A stretch of 64,000 bases of DNA from Auanema rhodensis. Its lineage: Eukaryota; Animalia; Nematoda. This document shows, piece by piece, positions 26,701 to 41,700 of this stretch. The stretch is taken from positions 23,436,001 through 23,500,000 of the forward strand of contig OZ059894.1 of NCBI GenBank assembly GCA_964057225.1. Direction: 5' to 3'. The notes beneath the pieces are model-generated. The model saw only the letters and a program-made list of their open reading frames with translations, was not told the origin of the DNA and did no database searches. Both the position numbers and the translations under genes were made by a program. Numbering within the stretch: the stretch's first letter is position 1; each line of letters begins with the position of its first letter.

Positions 26701-29700
26701 CCATATTAGTCTAAAAACAAATTTTTATTGATATTGGTTCATGGTAACCATGTCTTTGAAATTTACGTGAACTTTAATTTATGCTAATTAAATGTACACG
26801 TGATGTGCACTTGGTATGTGACTCGCTTCACGTGAAAGATAAAGAGATGCGGTTTTCAAAATTAGATTCCCCATGTCCATATTAGTCTAAAAACAAATTT
26901 TTATTGATATTGGTTCATGGTAACCATGACTTTGAAATTTACGTGAACTTTAATTTATGCTAATTAAATGTACACGTGATGTGCACTTGGTATGTAACTC
27001 GCTTCACGTGAAAGATAAAGAGATGCGGTTTTCAAACTTAGATTCCCCATGTCCATATTAGTTTAAACAAACTTTTATTGTTATTGGTTCAAGGTAACCA
27101 TGACTTTGAATTTTACGTGAACTTTAATTTATGCTAATTAAATGTACACGTGATGTGCACTTGGTATGTAACTCGCTTCACGTGAAAGATAAAGAGATGC
27201 GGTTTTCAAAATTAGATTCCCCATGTCCATATTAGTCTAAAAACAAATTTTTATTGATATTGGTTCATGGTAACCATGACTTTGAAATTTACGTGAACTT
27301 TAATTTATGCTAATTAAATGTACACGTGATGTGCACTTGGTATGTAACTCGCTTCACGTGAAAGATAAAGAGATGCGGTTTTCAAAATTAGATTCCCCAT
27401 GTCTATATTAGTCTAAAAACAAATTTTTATTGATATTGGTTCATGGTAACCATGACTTTGAAATTTACGTGAACTTTAATTTATGCTAATTAAATGTACA
27501 CGTGATGTGCACTTGGTATGTAACTCGCTTCACGTGAAAGATAAAGAGATGCGGTTTTCAAAATTAGATTCCCCATGTCCATATTAGTCTAAAAACAAAT
27601 TTTTATTGATATTGGTTCATGGTAACCATGTCTTTGAAATTTACGTGAACTTTAATTTATGCTAATTAAATGTACACGTGATGTGCACTTGGTATGTAAC
27701 TCGCTTCACGTGAAAGATAAAGAGATGCGGTTTTCAAAATTAGATTCCCCATGTCCATATTAGTCTAAAAACAAATTTTTATTGATATTGGTTCATGGTA
27801 ACCATGACTTTGAAATTTACGTGAACTTTAATTTATGCTAATTAAATGTACACGTGATGTGCACTTGGTATGTAACTCGCTTCACGTGAAAGATAAAGAG
27901 ATGCGGTTTTCAAAATTAGATTCCCCATGTCCATATTAGTCTAAAAACAAATTTTTATTGATATTGGTTCATGGTAACCATGACTTTGAAATTTACGTGA
28001 ACTTTAATTTATGCTAACTAAATGTACACGTGATGTGCACTTGGTATGTAACTCGCTTCACGTAAAAGATAAAGAGATGCGGTTTTCAAAATTAGATTCC
28101 CCATGTCCATATTAGTCTAAAAACAAATTTTTATTGATATTGGTGCATGGTAACCATGACTTTGAAATTTACGTGAACTTTAATTTATGCTAATTAAATG
28201 TACACGTGATGTGCACTTGGTATGTAACTTGCTTCACGTGAAAGATAAAGAGATGCGGTTTTCAAAATTAGATTCCCCATGTCCATATTAGTCTAAAAAC
28301 AAATTTTTATTGATATTGGTGCATGGTAACCATGACTTTGAAATTTACGTGAACTTTAATTTATGCTAATTAAATGTACACGTGATGTGCACTTGGTATG
28401 TAACTCGCTTCACGTGAAAGATAAAGAGATGCGGTTTTCAAAATTAAATTCCCCATGTCCATATTAGTCTAAAAACAAATTTTTATTGATATTAATTCAT
28501 GGTAACCATGTCTTTGAAATTTACGTGAACTTTAATTTATGCTAATTAAATGTACACGTGATGTGCACTTGGTATGTAACTCGCTTCACGTGAAAGATAA
28601 AGAGATGCGGTTTTCAAAATTAGATTCCCCATGTCCATATTAGTCTAAAAACAAATTTTTATTGTTATTGGTTCATGGTAACCATGACTTTGAAATTTAC
28701 GTGAACTTTAATTTATGCTAATTAAATGTACACGTGATGTGCACTTGGTATGTAACTCGCTTCACGTGAAAGATAAAGAGATGCGGTTTTCAAAATTAGA
28801 TTCCCCATGTCTATATTAGTCTAAAAACAAATGTTTATTGATATTGGTTCATGGTAACCATGACTTTGAAATTTACGTGAACTTTAATTTATGCTAATTA
28901 AATGTACACGTGATGTGCACTTGGTATGTAACTCGCTTCACGTGAAAGATAAAGAGATGCGGTTTTCAAAATTAGATTCCCCATGTCCATATTAGTCTAA
29001 AAACAAATTTTTATTGATATTGGTTCATGGTAACCATGTCTTTGAAATTTACGTGAACTTTAATTTATGCTAATTAAATGTACACGTGATATGCACTTGG
29101 TATGTAACTCGCTTCACGTGAAAGATAAAGAGATGCGGTTTTCAAAATTAGATTCCCCATGTCCATATTAGTCTAAAAACAAATTTTTATTGTTATTGGT
29201 TCATGGTAACCATGACTTTGAAATTTACGTGAACTTTAATTTATGCTAATTAAATGTACATGTGATGTGCACTTGGTATGTAACTCGCTTCACGTGAAAG
29301 ATAAAGAGATGCGGTTTTCAAAATTAGATTCCCCATGTCCATATTAGTCTAAAAACAAATTTTTATTGATATTGGTTCATGGTAACCATGTCTTTGAAAT
29401 TTACGTGAACTTTAATTTATGCTAATTAAATGTACACGTGATGTGCACTTGGTATGTGACTCGCTTCACGTGAAAGATAAAGAGATGCGGTTTTCAAAAT
29501 TAGATTCCCCATGTCCATATTAGTCTAAAAACAAATTTTTATTGATATTGGTTCATGGTAACCATGACTTTGAAATTTACGTGAACTTTAATTTATGCTA
29601 ATTAAATGTACACGTGATGTGCACTTGGTATGTAACTCGCTTCACGTGAAAGATAAAGAGATGCGGTTTTCAAAATTAGATTCCCCATGTCCATATTAGT

Positions 29701-32700
29701 TTAAACAAACTTTTATTGTTATTGGTTCAAGGTAACCATGACTTTGAATTTTACGTGAACTTTAATTTATGCTAATTAAATGTACACGTGATGTGCACTT
29801 GGTATGTAACTCGCTTCACGTGAAAGATAAAGAGATGCGGTTTTCAAAATTAAATTCCCCATGTCCATATTAGTCTAAAAACAAATTTTTATTGATATTA
29901 ATTCATGGTAACCATGTCTTTGAAATTTACGTGAACTTTAATTTATGCTAATTAAATGTACACGTGATGTGCACTTGGTATGTAACTCGCTTCACGTGAA
30001 AGATAAAGAGATGCGGTTTTCAAAATTAGATTCCCCATGTCCATATTAGTCTAAAAACAAATTTTTATTGTTATTGGTTCATGGTAACCATGACTTTGAA
30101 ATTTACGTGAACTTTAATTTATGCTAATTAAATGTACACGTGATGTGCACTTGGTATGTAACTCGCTTCACGTGAAAGATAAAGAGATGCGGTTTTCAAA
30201 ATTAGATTCCCCATGTCTATATTAGTCTAAAAACAAATGTTTATTGATATTGGTTCATGGTAACCATGACTTTGAAATTTACGTGAACTTTAATTTATGC
30301 TAATTAAATGTACACGTGATGTGCACTTGGTATGTAACTCGCTTCACGTGAAAGATAAAGAGATGCGGTTTTCAAAATTAGATTCCCCATGTCCATATTA
30401 GTCTAAAAACAAATTTTTATTGATATTGGTTCATGGTAACCATGTCTTTGAAATTTACGTGAACTTTAATTTATGCTAATTAAATGTACACGTGATATGC
30501 ACTTGGTATGTAACTCGCTTCACGTGAAAGATAAAGAGATGCGGTTTTCAAAATTAGATTCCCCATGTTCATATTAGTCTAAAAACAAATTTTTATTGTT
30601 ATTGGTTCATGGTAACCATGACTTTGAAATTTACGTGAACTTTAATTTATGCTAATTAAATGTACACGTGATGTGCACTTGGTATGTAACTCGCTTCACG
30701 TGAAAGATAAAGAGATGCGGTTTTCAAAATTAGATTCCCCATGTCCATATTAGTCTAAAAACAAATTTTTATTGATATTGGTTCATGGTAACCATGTCTT
30801 TGAAATTTACGTGAACTTTAATTTATGCTAATTAAATGTACACGTGATGTGCACTTGGTATGTGACTCGCTTCACGTGAAAGATAAAGAGATGCGGTTTT
30901 CAAAATTAGATTCCCCATGTCCATATTAGTCTAAAAACAAATTTTTATTGATATTGGTTCATGGTAACCATGACTTTGAAATTTACGTGAACTTTAATTT
31001 ATGCTAATTAAATGTACACGTGATGTGCACTTGGTATGTAACTCGCTTCACGTGAAAGATAAAGAGATGCGGTTTTCAAAATTAGATTCCCCATGTCCAT
31101 ATTAGTTTAAACAAACTTTTATTGTTATTGGTTCAAGGTAACCATGACTTTGAATTTTACGTGAACTTTAATTTATGCTAATTAAATGTACACGTGATGT
31201 GCACTTGGTATGTAACTCGCTTCACGTGAAAGATAAAGAGATGCGGTTTTCAAAATTAAATTCCCCATGTCCATATTAGTCTAAAAACAAATTTTTATTG
31301 ATATTAATTCATGGTAACCATGTCTTTGAAATTTACGTGAACTTTAATTTATGCTAATTAAATGTACACGTGATGTGCACTTGGTATGTAACTCGCTTCA
31401 CGTGAAAGATAAAGAGATGCGGTTTTCAAAATTAGATTCCCCATGTCCATATTAGTCTAAAAACAAATTTTTATTGTTATTGGTTCATGGTAACCATGAC
31501 TTTGAAATTTACGTGAACTTTAATTTATGCTAATTAAATGTACACGTGATGTGCACTTGGTATGTAACTCGCTTCACGTGAAAGATAAAGAGATGCGGTT
31601 TTCAAAATTAGATTCCCCATGTCTATATTAGTCTAAAAACAAATGTTTATTGATATTGGTTCATGGTAACCATGACTTTGAAATTTACGTGAACTTTAAT
31701 TTATGCTAATTAAATGTACACGTGATGTGCACTTGGTATGTAACTCGCTTCACGTGAAAGATAAAGAGATGCGGTTTTCAAAATTAGATTCCCCATGTCC
31801 ATATTAGTCTAAAAACAAATTTTTATTGATATTGGTTCATGGTAACCATGTCTTTGAAATTTACGTGAACTTTAATTTATGCTAATTAAATGTACACGTG
31901 ATATGCACTTGGTATGTAACTCGCTTCACGTGAAAGATAAAGAGATGCGGTTTTCAAAATTAGATTCCCCATGTCCATATTAGTCTAAAAACAAATTTTT
32001 ATTGTTATTGGTTCATGGTAACCATGACTTTGAAATTTACGTGAACTTTAATTTATGCTAATTAAATGTACACGTGATGTGCACTTGGTATGTAACTCGC
32101 TTCACGTGAAAGATAAAGAGATGCGGTTTTCAAAATTAGATTCCCCATGTCCATATTAGTCTAAAAACAAATTTTTATTGATATTGGTTCATGGTAACCA
32201 TGTCTTTGAAATTTACGTGAACTTTAATTTATGCTAATTAAATGTACACGTGATGTGCACTTGGTATGTGACTCGCTTCACGTGAAAGATAAAGAGATGC
32301 GGTTTTCAAAATTAGATTCCCCATGTCCATATTAGTCTAAAAACAAATTTTTATTGATATTGGTTCATGGTAACCATGACTTTGAAATTTACGTGAACTT
32401 TAATTTATGCTAATTAAATGTACACGTGATGTGCACTTGGTATGTAACTCGCTTCACGTGAAAGATAAAGAGATGCGGTTTTCAAAATTAGATTCCCCAT
32501 GTCCATATTAGTTTAAACAAACTTTTATTGTTATTGGTTCAAGGTAACCATGACTTTGAATTTTACGTGAACTTTAATTTATGCTAATTAAATGTACACG
32601 TGATGTGCACTTGGTATGTAACTCGCTTCACGTGAAAGATAAAGAGATGCGGTTTTCAAAATTAGATTCCCCATGTCCATATTAGTCTAAAAACAAATTT

Positions 32701-35700
32701 TTATTGATATTGGTTCATGGTAACCATGACTTTGAAATTTACGTGAACTTTAATTTATGCTAATTAAATGTACACGTGATGTGCACTTGGTATGTAACTC
32801 GCTTCACGTGAAAGATAAAGAGATGCGGTTTTCAAAATTAGATTCCCCATGTCTATATTAGTCTAAAAACAAATTTTTATTGATATTGGTTCATGGTAAC
32901 CATGACTTTGAAATTTACGTGAACTTTAATTTATGCTAATTAAATGTACACGTGATGTGCACTTGGTATGTAACTCGCTTCACGTGAAAGATAAAGAGAT
33001 GCGGTTTTCAAAATTAGATTCCCCATGTCCATATTAGTCTAAAAACAAATTTTTATTGATATTGGTTCATGGTAACCATGTCTTTGAAATTTACGTGAAC
33101 TTTAATTTATGCTAATTAAATGTACACGTGATGTGCACTTGGTATGTAACTCGCTTCACGTGAAAGATAAAAAGATGCGGTTTTCAAAATTAGATTCCCC
33201 ATGTCCATATTAGTCTAAAAACAAATTTTTATTGATATTGGTTCATGGTAACCATGACTTTGAAATTTACGTGAACTTTAATTTATGCTAATTAAATGTA
33301 CACGTGATGTGCACTTGGTATGTAACTCGCTTCACGTGAAAGATAAAGAGATGCGGTTTTCAAAATTAGATTCCCCATGTCCATATTAGTCTAAAAACAA
33401 ATTTTTATTGATATTGGTTCATGGTAACCATGACTTTGAAATTTACGTGAACTTTAATTTATGCTAATTAAATGTACACGTGATGTGCACTTGGTATGTA
33501 ACTCGCTTCACGTGAAAGATAAAGAGATGCGGTTTTCAAAATTAGATTCCCCATGTCCATATTAGTCTAAAAACAAATTTTTATTGATATTGGTGCATGG
33601 TAACCATGACTTTGAAATTTACGTGAACTTTAATTTATGCTAATTAAATGTACACGTGATGTGCACTTGGTATGTAACTTGCTTCACGTGAAAGATAAAG
33701 AGATGCGGTTTTCAAAATTAGATTCCCCATGTCCATATTAGTCTAAAAACAAATTTTTATTGATATTGGTTCATGGTAACCATGACTTTGAAACTTACGT
33801 GAACTTTAATTTATGCTAATTAAATGTACACGTGATGTGCACTTGGTATGTAACTCGCTTCACGTGAAAGATAAAGAGATGCGGTTTTCAAAATTAGATT
33901 CCCCATGTCCATATTAGTTTAAACAAACTTTTATTGTTATTGGTTCAAGGTAACCATGACTTTGAATTTTACGTGAACTTTAATTTATGCTAATTAAATG
34001 TACACGTGATGTGCACTTGGTATGTAACTCGCTTCACGTGAAAGATAAAGAGATGCGGTTTTCAAAATTAGATTCCCCATGTCCATATTAGTCTAAAAAC
34101 AAATTTTTATTGATATTGGTTCATGGTAACCATGACTTTGAAATTTACGTGAACTTTAATTTATGCTAATTAAATGTACACGTGATGTGCACTTGGTATG
34201 TAACTCGCTTCACGTGAAAGATAAAGAGATGCGGTTTTCAAAATTAGATTCCCCATGTCTATATTAGTCTAAAAACAAATTTTTATTGATATTGGTTCAT
34301 GGTAACCATGACTTTGAAATTTACGTGAACTTTAATTTATGCTAATTAAATGTACACGTGATGTGCACTTGGTATGTAACTCGCTTCACGTGAAAGATAA
34401 AGAGATGCGGTTTTCAAAATTAGATTCCCCATGTCCATATTAGTCTAAAAACAAATTTTTATTGATATTGGTTCATGGTAACCATGACTTTGAAATTTAC
34501 GTGAACTTTAATTTATGCTAATTAAATGTACACGTGATGTGCACTTGGTATGTAACTCGCTTCACGTGAAAGATAAAGAGATGCGGTTTTCAAAATTAGA
34601 TTCCCCATGTCCATATTAGTCTAAAAACAAATTTTTATTGATATTGGTGCATGGTAACCATGACTTTGAAATTTACGTGAACTTTAATTTATGCTAATTA
34701 AATGTACACGTGATGTGCACTTGGTATGTAACTTGCTTCACGTGAAAGATAAAGAGATGCGGTTTTCAAAATTAGATTCCCCATGTCTATATTAGTCTAA
34801 AAACAAATGTTTATTGATATTGGTTCATGGTAACCATGACTTTGAAACTTACGTGAACTTTAATTTATGCTAATTAAATGTACACGTGATGTGCACTTGG
34901 TATGTAACTCGCTTCACGTGAAAGATAAAGAGATGCGGTTTTCAAAATTAGATTCCCCATGTCCATATTAGTCTAAAAACAAATTTTTATTGATATTGGT
35001 GCATGGTAACCATGACTTTGAAATTTACGTGAACTTTAATTTATGCTAATTAAATGTACACGTGATGTGCACTTGGTATGTAACTCGCTTCACGTGAAAG
35101 ATAAAGAGATGCGGTTTTCAAAATTAGATTCCCCATGTCCATATTAGTCTAAAAACAAATTTTTATTGATATTGGTGCATGGTAACCATGACTTTGAAAT
35201 TTACGTGAACTTTAATTTATGCTAATTAAATGTACACGTGATGTGCACTTGGTATGTAACTCGCTTCACGTGAAAGATAAAGAGATGCGGTTTTCAAAAT
35301 TAGATTCCCCATGTCCATATTAGTTTAAACAAACTTTTATTGTTATTGGTTCAAGGTAACCATGACTTTGAATTTTACGTGAACTTTAATTTATGCTAAT
35401 TAAATGTACACGTGATGTGCACTTGGTATGTAACTCGCTTCACGTGAAAGATAAAGAGATGCGGTTTTCAAAATTAAATTCCCCATGTCCATATTAGTCT
35501 AAAAACAAATTTTTATTGATATTAATTCATGGTAACCATGTCTTTGAAATTTACGTGAACTTTAATTTATGCTAATTAAATGTACACGTGATGTGCACTT
35601 GGTATGTAACTCGCTTCACGTGAAAGATAAAGAGATGCGGTTTTCAAAATTAGATTCCCCATGTCCATATTAGTCTAAAAACAAATTTTTATTGTTATTG

Positions 35701-38700
35701 GTTCATGGTAACCATGACTTTGAAATTTACGTGAACTTTAATTTATGCTAATTAAATGTACACGTGATGTGCACTTGGTATGTAACTCGCTTCACGTGAA
35801 AGATAAAGAGATGCGGTTTTCAAAATTAGATTCCCCATGTCTATATTAGTCTAAAAACAAATGTTTATTGATATTGGTTCATGGTAACCATGACTTTGAA
35901 ATTTACGTGAACTTTAATTTATGCTAATTAAATGTACACGTGATGTGCACTTGGTATGTAACTCGCTTCACGTGAAAGATAAAGAGATGCGGTTTTCAAA
36001 ATTAGATTCCCCATGTCCATATTAGTCTAAAAACAAATTTTTATTGATATTGGTTCATGGTAACCATGTCTTTGAAATTTACGTGAACTTTAATTTATGC
36101 TAATTAAATGTACACGTGATATGCACTTGGTATGTAACTCGCTTCACGTGAAAGATAAAGAGATGCGGTTTTCAAAATTAGATTCCCCATGTCCATATTA
36201 GTCTAAAAACAAATTTTTATTGTTATTGGTTCATGGTAACCATGACTTTGAAATTTACGTGAACTTTAATTTATGCTAATTAAATGTACACGTGATGTGC
36301 ACTTGGTATGTAACTCGCTTCACGTGAAAGATAAAGAGATGCGGTTTTCAAAATTAGATTCCCCATGTCCATATTAGTCTAAAAACAAATTTTTATTGAT
36401 ATTGGTTCATGGTAACCATGTCTTTGAAATTTACGTGAACTTTAATTTATGCTAATTAAATGTACACGTGATGTGCACTTGGTATGTGACTCGCTTCACG
36501 TGAAAGATAAAGAGATGCGGTTTTCAAAATCAGATTCCCCATGTCCATATTAGTCTAAAAACAAATTTTTATTGATATTGGTTCATGGTAACCATGACTT
36601 TGAAATTTACGTGAACTTTAATTTATGCTAATTAAATGTACACGTGATGTGCACTTGGTATGTAACTCGCTTCACGTGAAAGATAAAGAGATGCGGTTTC
36701 CAAAATTAGATTCCCCATGTCCATATTAGTCTAAAAACAAATTTTTATTGTTATTGGTTCATGGTAACCATGACTTTGAAATTTACGTGAACTTTAATTT
36801 ATGCTAATTAAATGTACACGTGATGTGCACTTGGTATGTAACTCGCTTCACGTGAAAGATAAAGAGATGCGGTTTTCAAAATTAGATTCCCCATGTCTAT
36901 ATTAGTCTAAAAACAAATGTTTATTGATATTGGTTCATGGTAACCATGACTTTGAAATTTACGTGAACTTTAATTTATGCTAATTAAATGTACACGTGAT
37001 GTGCACTTGGTATGTAACTCGCTTCACGTGAAAGATAAAGAGATGCGGTTTTCAAAATTAGATTCCCCATGTCCATATTAGTCTAAAAACAAATTTTTAT
37101 TGATATTGGTTCATGGTAACCATGTCTTTGAAATTTACGTGAACTTTAATTTATGCTAATTAAATGTACACGTGATATGCACTTGGTATGTAACTCGCTT
37201 CACGTGAAAGATAAAGAGATGCGGTTTTCAAAATTAGATTCCCCATGTCCATATTAGTCTAAAAACAAATTTTTATTGTTATTGGTTCATGGTAACCATG
37301 ACTTTGAAATTTACGTGAACTTTAATTTATGCTAATTAAATGTACACGTGATGTGCACTTGGTATGTAACTCGCTTCACGTGAAAGATAAAGAGATGCGG
37401 TTTTCAAAATTAGATTCCCCATGTCCATATTAGTCTAAAAACAAATTTTTATTGATATTGGTTCATGGTAACCATGTCTTTGAAATTTACGTGAACTTTA
37501 ATTTATGCTAATTAAATGTACACGTGATGTGCACTTGGTATGTGACTCGCTTCACGTGAAAGATAAAGAGATGCGGTTTTCAAAATCAGATTCCCCATGT
37601 CCATATTAGTCTAAAAACAAATTTTTATTGATATTGGTTCATGGTAACCATGACTTTGAAATTTACGTGAACTTTAATTTATGCTAATTAAATGTACACG
37701 TGATGTGCACTTGGTATGTAACTCGCTTCACGTGAAAGATAAAGAGATGCGGTTTTCAAAATTAGATTCCCCATGTCCATATTAGTTTAAACAAACTTTT
37801 ATTGTTATTGGTTCAAGGTAACCATGACTTTGAATTTTACGTGAACTTTAATTTATGCTAATTAAATGTACACGTGATGTGCACTTGGTATGTAACTCGC
37901 TTCACGTGAAAGATAAAGAGATGCGGTTTTCAAAATTAGATTCCCCATGTCCATATTAGTCTAAAAACAAATTTTTATTGATATTGGTTCATGGTAACCA
38001 TGACTTTGAAATTTACGTGAACTTTAATTTATGCTAATTAAATGTACACGTGATGTGCACTTGGTATGTAACTCGCTTCACGTGAAAGATAAAGAGATGC
38101 GGTTTTCAAAATTAGATTCCCCATGTCTATATTAGTCTAAAAACAAATTTTTATTGATATTGGTTCATGGTAACCATGACTTTGAAATTTACGTGAACTT
38201 TAATTTATGCTAATTAAATGTACACGTGATGTGCACTTGGTATGTAACTCGCTTCACGTGAAAGATAAAGAGATGCGGTTTTCAAAATTAGATTCCCCAT
38301 GTCCATATTAGTCTAAAAACAAATTTTTATTGATATTGGTTCATGGTAACCATGTCTTTGAAATTTACGTGAACTTTAATTTATGCTAATTAAATGTACA
38401 CGTGATGTGCACTTGGTATGTAACTCGCTTCACGTGAAAGATAAAAAGATGCGGTTTTCAAAATTAGATTCCCCATGTCCATATTAGTCTAAAAACAAAT
38501 TTTTATTGATATTGGTTCATGGTAACCATGACTTTGAAATTTACGTGAACTTTAATTTATGCTAATTAAATGTACACGTGATGTGCACTTGGTATGTAAC
38601 TCGCTTCACGTGAAAGATAAAGAGATGCGGTTTTCAAAATTAGATTCCCCATGTCCATATTAGTCTAAAAACAAATTTTTATTGATATTGGTTCATGGTA

Positions 38701-41700
38701 ACCATGACTTTGAAATTTACGTGAACTTTAATTTATGCTAATTAAATGTACACGTGATGTGCACTTGGTATGTAACTCGCTTCACGTGAAAGATAAAGAG
38801 ATGCGGTTTTCAAAATTAGATTCCCCATGTCCATATTAGTCTAAAAACAAATTTTTATTGATATTGGTGCATGGTAACCATGACTTTGAAATTTACGTGA
38901 ACTTTAATTTATGCTAATTAAATGTACACGTGATGTGCACTTGGTATGTAACTTGCTTCACGTGAAAGATAAAGAGATGCGGTTTTCAAAATTAGATTCC
39001 CCATGTCCATATTAGTCTAAAAACAAATTTTTATTGATATTGGTTCATGGTAACCATGACTTTGAAACTTACGTGAACTTTAATTTATGCTAATTAAATG
39101 TACACGTGATGTGCACTTGGTATGTAACTCGCTTCACGTGAAAGATAAAGAGATGCGGTTTTCAAAATTAGATTCCCCATGTCCATATTAGTTTAAACAA
39201 ACTTTTATTGTTATTGGTTCAAGGTAACCATGACTTTGAATTTTACGTGAACTTTAATTTATGCTAATTAAATGTACACGTGATGTGCACTTGGTATGTA
39301 ACTCGCTTCACGTGAAAGATAAAGAGATGCGGTTTTCAAAATTAGATTCCCCATGTCCATATTAGTCTAAAAACAAATTTTTATTGATATTGGTGCATGG
39401 TAACCATGACTTTGAAATTTACGTGAACTTTAATTTATGCTAATTAAATGTACACGTGATGTGCACTTGGTATGTAACTTGCTTCACGTGAAAGATAAAG
39501 AGATGCGGTTTTCAAAATTAGATTCCCCATGTCCATATTAGTCTAAAAACAAATTTTTATTGATATTGGTTCATGGTAACCATGACTTTGAAACTTACGT
39601 GAACTTTAATTTATGCTAATTAAATGTACACGTGATGTGCACTTGGTATGTAACTCGCTTCACGTGAAAGATAAAGAGATGCGGTTTTCAAAATTAGATT
39701 CCCCATGTCCATATTAGTTTAAACAAACTTTTATTGTTATTGGTTCAAGGTAACCATGACTTTGAATTTTACGTGAACTTTAATTTATGCTAATTAAATG
39801 TACACGTGATGTGCACTTGGTATGTAACTCGCTTCACGTGAAAGATAAAGAGATGCGGTTTTCAAAATTAGATTCCCCATGTCCATATTAGTCTAAAAAC
39901 AAATTTTTATTGATATTGGTTCATGGTAACCATGACTTTGAAATTTACGTGAACTTTAATTTATGCTAATTAAATGTACACGTGATGTGCACTTGGTATG
40001 TAACTCGCTTCACGTGAAAGATAAAGAGATGCGGTTTTCAAAATTAGATTCCCCATGTCTATATTAGTCTAAAAACAAATTTTTATTGATATTGGTTCAT
40101 GGTAACCATGACTTTGAAATTTACGTGAACTTTAATTTATGCTAATTAAATGTACACGTGATGTGCACTTGGTATGTAACTCGCTTCACGTGAAAGATAA
40201 AGAGATGCGGTTTTCAAAATTAGATTCCCCATGTCCATATTAGTCTAAAAACAAATTTTTATTGATATTGGTTCATGGTAACCATGACTTTGAAATTTAC
40301 GTGAACTTTAATTTATGCTAATTAAATGTACACGTGATGTGCACTTGGTATGTAACTCGCTTCACGTGAAAGATAAAGAGATGCGGTTTTCAAAATTAGA
40401 TTCCCCATGTCCATATTAGTCTAAAAACAAATTTTTATTGATATTGGTGCATGGTAACCATGACTTTGAAATTTACGTGAACTTTAATTTATGCTAATTA
40501 AATGTACACGTGATGTGCACTTGGTATGTAACTTGCTTCACGTGAAAGATAAAGAGATGCGGTTTTCAAAATTAGATTCCCCATGTCCATATTAGTCTAA
40601 AAACAAATTTTTATTGATATTGGTTCATGGTAACCATGACTTTGAACTTTACGTGAACTTTAATTTATGCTAATTAAATGTACACGTGATGTGCACTTGG
40701 TATGTAACTCGCTTCACGTGAAAGATAAAGAGATGCGGTTTTCAAAATTAGATTCCCCATGTCCATATTAGTCTAAAAACAAATTTTTATTGATATTGGT
40801 TCATGGTAACCATGTCTTTGAAATTTACGTGAACTTTAATTTATGCTAATTAAATGTACACGTGATGTGCACTTGGTATGTAACTCGCTTCACGTGAAAG
40901 ATAAAAAGATGCGGTTTTCAAAATTAGATTCCCCATGTCCATATTAGTCTAAAAACAAATTTTTATTGATATTGGTTCATGGTAACCATGACTTTGAAAC
41001 TAACGTGAACTTTAATTTATGCTAATTAAATGTACACGTGATGTGCACTTGGTATGTAACTCGCTTCACGTGAAAGATAAAGAGATGCGGTTTTCAAAAT
41101 TAGATTCCCCATGTCCATATTAGTCTAAAAACAAATTTTTATTGATATTGGTTCATGGTAACCATGTCTTTGAAATTTACGTGAACTTTAATTTATGCTA
41201 ATTAAATGTACACGTGATGTGCACTTGGTATGTAACTCGCTTCACGTGAAAGATAAAAAGATGCGGTTTTCAAAATTAGATTCCCCATGTCCATATTAGT
41301 CTAAAAACAAATTTTTATTGATATTGGTTCATGGTAACCATGACTTTGAAATTTACGTGAACTTTAATTTATGCTAATTAAATGTACACGTGATGTGCAC
41401 TTGGTATGTAACTCGCTTCACGTGAAAGATAAAGAGATGCGGTTTTCAAAATTAGATTCCCCATGTCCATATTAGTCTAAAAACAAATTTTTATTGATAT
41501 TGGTTCATGGTAACCATGACTTTGAAATTTACGTGAACTTTAATTTATGCTAATTAAATGTACACGTGATGTGCACTTGGTATGTAACTCGCTTCACGTG
41601 AAAGATAAAGAGATGCGGTTTTCAAAATTAGATTCCCCATGTCCATATTAGTCTAAAAACAAATTTTTATTGATATTGGTGCATGGTAACCATGACTTTG

